From NCBI GenBank assembly GCA_964247055.1, contig OZ176056.1, forward strand, positions 8,246,001 through 8,310,000: a stretch of DNA of 64,000 bases, given 5' to 3'. The number at the start of each line of letters is the position of its first letter. Positions within the stretch are counted from its first letter, which is position 1. This document shows positions 55,001 through 64,000 of the stretch, piece after piece. The notes under the pieces are model-generated. The model searched no databases. It saw only the letters and a list, made by a program, of their open reading frames with translations, and was not told the DNA's origin. The DNA is from Paragordius varius (Eukaryota; Animalia; Nematomorpha). Position numbers and translations under genes: made by a program.

Positions 55001-57730
55001 TATAATTGATTATAATTTAAACAAAATCTTTAAAACTTTGTATATATACAAGTTCATAATTTAAATTAATCCGATATACCCGTTTTTAAATTTGTATAAA
55101 ATTTTGTAATAAAAATTGGAAATTTAAGAGTTACCAAATAGGTTTATATTAAATAATTCGATAATAAAAATAGGGCGGATTTAATAATTATAGAAAGGTA
55201 AAATAATTACTTTTAACGTTATAAAAGTCGAAACTTTTTTAATTATTTTTTAATTAACCTCAATGTTTTTTGTTAAAATATATTTTCAAATCGCAATTTT
55301 TTCCCTAATTAAAATCTTATTATATATTATTAGACATACCAACAGCTCCCCCGAGCGCAACTATATTTAAATAATAAAAAGTCAAATTATTTAATTTTAT
55401 AATTTAGAATATTACTCATTGGTATTTTCTAGTAAAACAGGTATCACTGTTTTAACATGTGTTCTCATACAGTAAAAATTAAAATTATACGGACAAAACG
55501 TGCAAATATAAAAACATTTTCAAAAGACAAGTATACTCTTATTTATCCTATAAGCATCATTTAATTACAATCGAAGATGCACAATTGATTATGTTACAAA
55601 TTTACATCTTTATTTTTAACTTGAAAATAAAGATTAAAAAGTACGGTTGTCTTTTAAAAAATTATGTCTTTATATTTTTACGTATTGCCTGTATAAAACG
55701 AATTTTTACTATAAGTTATTATCGGTTTAAATAAAAGACGAAGTGAGATAAATGCGCGCAGACGATCGATTTGGGGCCCCATATTGATCATCTGACATAA
55801 AATGTGAGTTAGCCAAAATCTAGCATCTTATTTTTATCATGCAGTAACCATGTCGAAATTGTGCCTGAAAGAAAAAATTTGAGGCACATCGCCATCAGAA
55901 AAAGAATGGGTATGTCATTGTTTGCTGTCCAATACATATGGAGAACATTCTCTATTAAATGACATCTGCGATCGCTTTCAAAATATTAAAAATTGCGATA
56001 GTATGAGCCATCTGGTACTCTACATACTGCTAAGAAGCTAAATGCTAGTGTTATTGATGATGACACAATTCAAGCTTAATCACAATTCAAAAAATAATCT
56101 ATAGATGTTTACAAGCAATGGGAAAAACCAATTTCGATAAATGGGTCCCACATAATTTAGATAAACTTAAATTAAAATCGCAAATAACTAGGTAATGCCT
56201 TAACAGGAAAAGATACCTTTTTGCATCTTGGGGCAAGGGATGATATTTTGTTAATCCAAAGCAGGACCGTGACTTTCATTTTACCAAGTCTGTTATCAAC
56301 ACCAATGCTGATAATCACTTTGGCAAGAAAATCGTGCGCTCTATGTTTGCTAAAATCAGGCGATATCGTGTATCATGAACTTTTATAACTTGGAATATTA
56401 ATACCTAACATTATGGCCATTAAATGATTAATTTACACCAATTAATTGATTACGCTCCTGAATTCGGCAGAATGAAATGGCAAAGTTATTCAATACTCCG
56501 TTTCATATACAACCAAACCAGGGAAAACACCTTCAATTTGCTTGGATGGGAAATTCTTTCCTATCCGCTAAACTCTTCTAATCTGGCGCTAATACATTTT
56601 TACATCATTGGGGAACACTCTTGCAGAGCAGCCAGCCCTTCCATAATTTTGAAGAGACGTCGGATATAGCTTAACTAATGGTTTTCCACAAAAGACAATT
56701 AGTTTTTTGGGCACGGCATTACTAATACCTAGAGATTTGTCAAATGTGTAGAAGCCGATGTTCAACATTTTGAATGAAATCCATTTCCTTTAAAAATAAA
56801 ATTTTTGTACCAAAAACCGGTTATATAACTAGACCAGGTATATATATTTTCATTATTTAATTAATTTATTTCATTTTTTTTGAAAAAATTTTGTTTTATC
56901 AAATGACTGCGTCACTCAAAATTTTTAATTTATTGTTAGGGTTGTCAAATAATTCTAATTATTGCTAGCGTCAACTCATGCAACTTAAACTTCGGTTGTA
57001 TCAACCTGTGGATCCAGTATATCGGTTAGGCTTATTTATAACAGAGAATGAGTTAGGGATAAATTGATTAATCTGTAACAGGCAACATGAGATCGCCATA
57101 TTTTCCAAAGTGTTTTTATTTCTAAATATCGTAACACACTTACTCTTTCCATTGGCTTGGTGTCGATTCCCGCGTTTTTAGCATATAACATAATTCAATT
57201 ATTTAAAATTCACGTTAGTGGTCGTGCCATATATATTATTACCATGCTTACCTGTAAAATCAGAGAAATTTGTTATTTCTTTATTTACAATGCTCCCTTT
57301 CAATTTCGTTGTAAATGGTAAGATTAAATTGAGGCCTTCTAAATTTGCTCCATATAACTTTTTAAAATTAAAATATTATAGATTCTAGTAGTATAGATTA
57401 TATGCTTAAATCTTAGATAGCTTTACATCAATAACCAATAAAAGTGTTAAACCAAATTTTCAAATTGTTTTAGATCTGATACTGTATATTTTATAACAAC
57501 TTGTAAAATATGTCTTTAAAACCGGCATTATTTACTGCAAAAAATAGCTGACTTTTCAATCCCGATTAAGAATTACTAAATTACCGCTTATATTCATATA
57601 GAAATTTTATCATTGAGTAAATAAAATAATTTCCTTTAAAAAATAGTTTTTTGGATTACCTGATGTCAGAGGGGTAAGCGGTATTGAAGAATTTTGAATT
57701 TGAGTTTGCATTTGGCTGGATGGGTATTTT

Positions 57731-57761
<31 letters not shown>

Positions 57762-58619
57762 AAATAAAATGGAATTTACTATCTTCCTTAATAAATGTAG
57801 TGTTCGGCTCAGGTTTTTCTATTTCTAATTTGAGGTTTTTGTGAAATTTTCTATGGATAATAATTAAATATAAATTATTATTAAACAGCAAAATTGGTAG
57901 ATATATCATAATCCCAAACCATCTAAGTTTAAATTACAATAATTTTTTGAAGATGAACTTTTATATATTAGGGGTGTCACCATAAAGATTGACAAAATTA
58001 GGCTGATAAAGTCGCGTAGTAAATTAATTTCTTAAGCAACTTTTTGGAATATGTATAATCTTATTTTTGATCTAAACTAATACTTATGAACACAAATATA
58101 TAATCATTTATTTTCTACTAGCCAAATTTTTGGTCAAGAATATGGCGTGTGTGGCTATTTGTCGGACAACCCTGGTTTAGATTATAAAATACGCAGATTT
58201 TAAGGTAAATAGTAATTATTTACATATATAATTTATTTGAACATCAAATACTTTGTAACATTTAAGAGTATGTAATTTATTTAGCTATATCCAAAAATTT
58301 TGACAACAATCCAAAAAAGAAATTTGATAAAGGAGAGACGATCTTTAAAGATTAATAAAAATATTAAAATCATAAAGCTACCTATCTATAATTTTTGTTT
58401 TTTTAGGAATTATTGGAAGAACAAAGGATTATATATATTACGTAATAATAATAAAAATATTAAAATCTCATAATGCTACCTATCTATAATTTTTATGTTG
58501 GGATCTTTTGAATTGTGGTCATCTAATGATTGTTGTTTAAAAAAATTTATCATACCTTTATTAATTAAATTTTCCCTTGCTACATTATGAATAAATAGAC
58601 AATAACGATTTATATATGA

Positions 58620-58650
<31 letters not shown>

Positions 58651-60027
58651 AAAAACTGGAAATAATTTTATTTATATATTAATTTTTTTTCCTAGAAATA
58701 AAATTTTTACATAATATTATGAATGAAATAGATGTAGAAATGTTTGTTTTCACTAAATAACCAATAAAATTACACAAGTTGTTTTAATTACAATCAATAA
58801 TCAATTACGGTTTTCCTCAAAATCGGAACTGAAAATACCGAAATCTAATTTTTAGTTTTTCGTTCCTTAAATTTAATTTTTTAACAAAACAATATTTTTT
58901 GAAACTTGATGCTAATCTATTGTAGACACAAAATTTTTTTCAACATATTTTTTGAAAAGATAATTAATAAGGTGGAATTAGAATCGTTTCTTTGATTTAT
59001 AGCAGGTCTTAATTAATTTAATTTGTGTTATTAAATATTTTCTTATTTTATGTAGTTTTTAGTTTTTAAATTATTTTCATTAAAAACACCATTGTTAGGG
59101 TATTCGAAATTTTGTAAATGAAATTATTTTAAGCCTGCCACAATAATTTTAATAAAATTACGTAAATAAAGTTTTTCAAAAAATTGAAATATTTTTAAAT
59201 CAAAATGGGCCCAAAATTTTGGGCAAAGACTTAAAACGGGATTTAAAGAACTAGGAGAATCACTGATTTATTCAGTGAATGGATAATGGTTTAAGAATGT
59301 CATTACTAATTATAATATTGTGTGGAAAAATATATATATTTATATATATACCAGGTCTGTCATCTATATATCCATCTATAAACAATATTTATTAAAGTAT
59401 TATTGATACCATTTAACCCTTGAACATAATTTATTCACCCTAATGATGTATTGTGTTGTTGAACAAATCCATAACAAACAATCATTGATATTAAATATTA
59501 ATTTATGGCACATAGTTTATTACTTTTTCTGTTTATGTTAATTTTCGAAATTTTACTTTTTAATTGGGGGAATTTTAAATGTTTAAAGGTAATTTTGAAG
59601 TGTACAAGGGTGAATTTTTTGGGCAAAATTATCCCGAAAACGTGTGGACCCATTCAAATTCAAAAACTTTATTTATTTAACTATTTTGCCAAATATAATC
59701 GGGTTTTTTTGAATTTGAGTCCGTATTTTGCCATTATCCCCCAAAAAACTTTTTAAAGCTAATTTGCCAAAGTTATGAAACTATAAGAAGAATTTATTAT
59801 AGTTATTTTGGATGATTCCTCTATAAAATTGATTTTGGCTTAAATATGAATCTAAGAGTGGACTGGTTTTAAAAACAATTATATAATAATAAAAAAATAA
59901 AGTCAAAAAATAAGAATGTTTTAAACTGTTAATTATTCATTGGATAAATAAAATTTGATGGATTTATAAATAAATTAATATAATTACCTGCAAAGATGCA
60001 CAATGTAATCCAAACCAATAGTTTCAT
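51492..60027 (-). CDS. Micro-exon gene 3: predicted secreted protein, about 215-218 aa
   Basis: Exons: 59988-60027 (MKLLVWITLCIFA), 59352-59375, 58809-58844, 58556-58579, 57780-57818, 57660-57734, 57252-57338, 55340-55360, 54976-54993, 54505-54582, 53672-53743, 53575-53598, 53475-53498, 52799-52825, 52654-52686, then either 51623-51643 plus 51492-51505 (stop) or 51859-51884 (stop). Every internal exon is 3n nt and phase 1-1. Optional candidates at 59782-59820 and 57144-57155. Confidence 0.72.
55470..55712. mobile_element. Tc1/mariner-type MITE family B
   Basis: TIR CAGTAAAAATTAAAATTATACGGACAAAACGTAAAAATATAAA with TA flanks. Further copies or fragments at about 1395-1490, 12570-12805, 14960, 15640-15780, 30575-30850, 31955-32225, 43300, 46673-46930 and 47820-47930. 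Confidence 0.8.
55780..56790 (+). pseudogene. Degenerate mariner transposase inside a gene 3 intron
   Basis: KWVPHNL (WVPHEL motif, about 56140) and LGWEILSYPLNSSNLALIHF (decayed GWEVLPHPPYSPDLAPSDY, about 56540-56600); stops and frameshifts; TIRs not clearly resolved. Confidence 0.8.
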
Positions 60028-60315
60028 TTACTATGATATATAAAATTTTAAAAAAAGGTTTTGATTGTTTCAAGTCGATGAAAACAAGTACAATAACCTT
60101 TCGTACATTATTGGTTTTTTACCCGAATTAAACGTTATAAATGTTAAATTAATAATAATTAACTATATCAAAATTATTTTTAAACATACCAATTCGAGTT
60201 GAGTCTAACCAGTCAATGTAAACAATGTTAAAAATAATCAGTTATTAGTCACGTAAAAACAAAATACATACATAAAAATGTTATAAAATATTTGATATAT
60301 AAATAAAGTGAACTA

Positions 60316-60484
60316 CAGTAACGAGCTATTGTAGGCATTTCGTTTTTAAATGGCTAAAAGGGGATATTATATGTCTGTCGTGTATAAAATTTACATTTAA
60401 TTAGTTACATATGTAATTGATCACTGTAAATTTTTTCCACTTTTTTTAACATTTAAAATACAGATAGGGCTTAGCTCGTTACTG
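60316..60484. mobile_element. Short Tc1/mariner-type MITE
   Basis: TA|CAGTAACGAGCTA...TAGCTCGTTACTG|TA, a 13-bp perfect TIR with TA duplication. An analogous element with CAGTATACAC-type ends lies at 35596-35778. Confidence 0.75.
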
Positions 60485-61374
60485 TATCGAAATGATAAAT
60501 GACATTGAAATACGGTGAAAAGTATTTTTTCTGTTATTATCCAAAATTAAAAAATTATTTTTGTAACATATTAGCTCGAAATATAAATTTTATTTGTGAA
60601 TATGTATTATGTGATCTGAATCGCAAAATATAAGAGGTAATCTTTTCAGTTGGCGGACTTACAGGTATATAAGGCGAATCGCAATTCTCCGTTAAATTTG
60701 AATCAAAAAATTTGTCATTATGGGGAAAAATATTTTATTTTTTTTTTTCAAACTAACTAATATTTATCATACCAATATATCAAATTAAAAAGGGATTAAG
60801 GCTACGAATTTTGATAATTTGCATCTAAACGGAAGTAGAGTATCATTTTTGCAAAACCTCCAATATATATATATATACTAAGCTTACTATAATATTGGCT
60901 GCAAATAAAAACATCTTTTAACTCAGTTTTTATTTGGAATTTACATAAACGAAAACTGTAATTAAATGTTTTGGTATCATTTTGACTTTTGATGGAAAAT
61001 CATACATGATAGTTAATAAAAATAAAAAAATTTTAAACAATAACATTTCGCATTTACCTACAAAGTGCTATTTTCTTTATATAAGCTGTATTTCCTTAAT
61101 TATTCTCTGAAAATATGTAAATATTTGTTTACCTATATTTAATTTTTCTAATATGCGATTAAAAGAAATTTTCTGATTTTGGCAAATAGAATAATTTTTT
61201 AGTATTTTACCACATTAATTAGTTCGATCAAGCTTTGATCTATAAAAAGATATAATTGACAATTATTTATTTCTTTATGCACTCTTTTGTTGTGATTTTT
61301 AACTTAATTATAGCACAATGATTCTTTTAGGTTTGATAAGATTTAATGCCTTGCTCTCTATGTGTTTACATACA

Positions 61375-62440
61375 CAATGTCCGTAAGAAGATAACCTATT
61401 GAAATATATATTCTGATTAGAATATATCATTATAATCATGGTGCTTTTGGTTTTGACCCTTATGAGTGTTTTAAAAAGGCTATTATACTTTTGTGGTAAT
61501 TACTCCATATCAGAAATGAAATTGCGCCCACAATAATATACACATAATCAGCTATATAAAATATCAAAACAATATTTTTAATTATTATTTTGACGTAAGC
61601 CAACAAATCCCAAAATTTTTCGCTCTTCTATAATGGCTAGTTCACTTAAAATAAAAGTGAAAATGCCGAGATTCCAACATAAAAATTTCAAATATATGCC
61701 AAATTTTTATATTGAAACAATTTTCAAAAACGCAAACCTTTTTTCAAAAATTTAATTTTTAGCAATATTTTGATGAAGCGTGCTTTATATTTTTTGTTGG
61801 ATGCAAACGGTATAAAAACGCTTTAAGACATTATAAAAATACATTTTCATTATAAATCGATGATGCTTAACATTTCTATCACCTTAGGATTCCGATAAAT
61901 ATAATTGTTTAAAAATCCTTTAATTCAAAATTATGAGGTGATAGAAAAATTCAGCATCAAATTATATAGAAATACTGTTATTATTATCTAGCATTGTACC
62001 GTTTGCATCATACCTAAAAACAGTAAAGTACGCTTCAACAAAATTTTGTTGAAAATTAAATTTTAAAAAGTATGAATTTGCAAAAATATTTTTTTTATGT
62101 CAAAATATAGTATGTTTAAATTTTTTATAACGCGATCCCAGCATTTACGTTTATTTTAAGAAAAACCCATTTTAGAAGAGCGTTTGGGAATTATGGAGCC
62201 CACATCTAAGAATCCTAAAAATATTGTTGTGCTTTTGTGTGTAGTTTATGATATATTTTCGTGATGTTTTTGGAATGAAGCCTCTAGCTACAAAAAAAAC
62301 ATATTAAAATCTCAAATTTTGCCATTTTTTGATAGGGAGAACTTACCACAAAAGTGTATGTAACTTTCTTAAATCATTGGTAAAGGGCAAAACCAAAAGC
62401 ACTCATGATATTTTGAATCATTGGAATTTTTGTACCTATC
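61375..62440. mobile_element. About 1.07-kb long-TIR foldback element family H
   Basis: ATCATGGTGCTTTTGGTTTTG near the left end and its reverse complement near 62390; inner arms 61700-61830 and 61990-62090 also pair. Related copies at about 24875-25790 and 48065-48330. Confidence 0.7.
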
Positions 62441-63250
62441 GATTTTTGACGCAGTATTCGAAAACCAAAAATTTAAGAATCATTTTTAAGGTATTTATTT
62501 AAAAAAATTCTTCTGTTATTACTACTCTTTCAATTTTTTTTTACAAATTATAACATAAATTCTCAAATATGATATTTCCGATTGCTTTTTATAAATTAAT
62601 TTTGTTTTTAATTTTATTCGAAAAGAAAAATGATTTTATTTTACATATTTTTTCAAAAAAGTGGCCATAATCAAAATTAAAAATTGCTAATAACAAATCT
62701 AGATATTTAAACCTTAACATTCAAAGTAAATAAACTCTGGAGTACATTTAATTTTCATAAACCATATTTTTTAGCCTTAAAAAATCCAGTAAGACAGCCG
62801 AAACTCCGAAAAATATAAAAACATTATATATACTAATTCAGATAATTAATCAACATAAAAGATACCATTTTAAAATATTTTAATTTTGTAAACCCAAATA
62901 TCAGTAAAATCAAGTTATATAGTAAAATTAATTATATTTATTATAGGGCAGTATCAAAGATGGTCAGTTATTGATGAGATGCTTTTCATATAAAAAAAAA
63001 CAATAAATTATAACAGATGGGTTAGTATATAGGTTATAAAACAGGTTAATTAACTTTTATTACAATACTTTATGGATATTTTTATAAAATGCATATTTTC
63101 CAACATACTTTAAACCAAAATATATTAAACAATTTCATTATGTGATTGTAGAGTTGGAATTTTACTATTGGAAATGCTAGAAAAATGCTCCGTTAAATTG
63201 TTTTTTTCAATAAAATCCCTCTTAAAAAGGCAAAAAATATTGATAGGAAT

Positions 63251-63743
63251 TCAATAGTGTGGATATTCTAACCAACGTAAACGCTGTTCCTCAATCTGTG
63301 ATGAAAGCCGTAAGGATAAAAAGATTGCCAGGAGCTGAAAAACAAAAATAAAAAAAATGTTAAAAAAACTAAACAATTTAAATAAAGGCATAACAAAAAA
63401 AATTTCATTTAGCATAAATGGATCAATTATTACACAAGTGCAAAAAAATTTGAAATATAAGGTAAATTTAAGAGAAATATTGAAAATTTTTTATATTGGA
63501 ATTATAAAAATGTATTAATCCTGCCTATAAAATACTAAAATATAAAGTTAATTACTTTAGTAACACTCAAAAAACTAATAAAAAAATTATTTGAAAATTA
63601 TGTAAAAACTAAATATTTTCATAAACCAATGGTATAAGAATTGCTAAAACGACAGTCCCCAACGTAACGGCATGTTCTTCGATCCATTTGGATATGGCTT
63701 TCAAACAACCCGCAGTAAATATTTTATCCTTAATTTCAGTTTC
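63251..63743 (-). CDS. Tetraspanin (TspanC8-like), last two coding exons; remainder beyond right edge
   Basis: Exon 63627-63743 encodes ETEIKDKIFTAGCLKAISKWIEEHAVTLGTVVLAILIPL (end of large extracellular loop with GC motif, then TM4). Exon 63251-63334 encodes LLAIFLSLRLSSQIEEQRLRWLEYPHY*. Strong acceptors, phase 0. The tail resembles the Tspan5/14/33 and Drosophila Tsp26A-type C-terminus (from recall, not a search). Confidence 0.88.
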
Positions 63744-63774
63744 CTATTAAAAAGTGAAATGAAAAGGAATTTTT

Positions 63775-63818
<44 letters not shown>

Positions 63819-64000
63819 TTTGTACTTCAAGAGTGTCCTTGAACAGTTCAGTTGGTCCTTGAACAGTTCAAGTTGGTCCTTTGACTTTTTTGTTTTGTTT
63901 TTAACTTTTATCAATCAAATCGTAAATAATTATCTATTTTATTGTTTTTAACCGTATTTCTATTATTTAACATAAATTTTAAATCGATATCAACTTTTAA

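Noticed and set aside
60650-61085. 15-nt plus and 24-nt minus exon-like segments between gene 3 and the tetraspanin
   Set aside because: Unlinked singletons among repeat fragments.

Overview
Very AT-rich, intron-rich animal genomic DNA; the taxon cannot be fixed from the sequence. Almost all ORFs in the supplied track are noise or transposon debris, because the real genes are split into tiny exons. Reading splice sites by eye gives a cluster of micro-exon genes for predicted secreted proteins. Three lie in tandem on the minus strand (about 60027-51492, 51088-45168 and 33763-8364), and the 3' half of a fourth lies on the plus strand (61-3381). The three complete models start with a hydrophobic N-terminal exon (clear in genes 1 and 3, weaker in gene 2), continue through about 16-26 exons of mostly 6-60 nt that are nearly all multiples of 3 in intron phase 1, and end in an acidic low-complexity tail. 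This is the architecture of schistosome micro-exon genes (MEGs). Exon duplication is visible at two scales. The last two exons of a conventional TspanC8-like tetraspanin enter from the right edge. Introns and spacers hold a decayed RTE LINE, a Gypsy remnant with a nested hAT element, an inverted LTR palindrome, a mariner pseudogene and many MITE or foldback families. All gene models are manual and unverified; single micro-exons can arise by chance in AT-rich DNA, so support comes from chained phase consistency.
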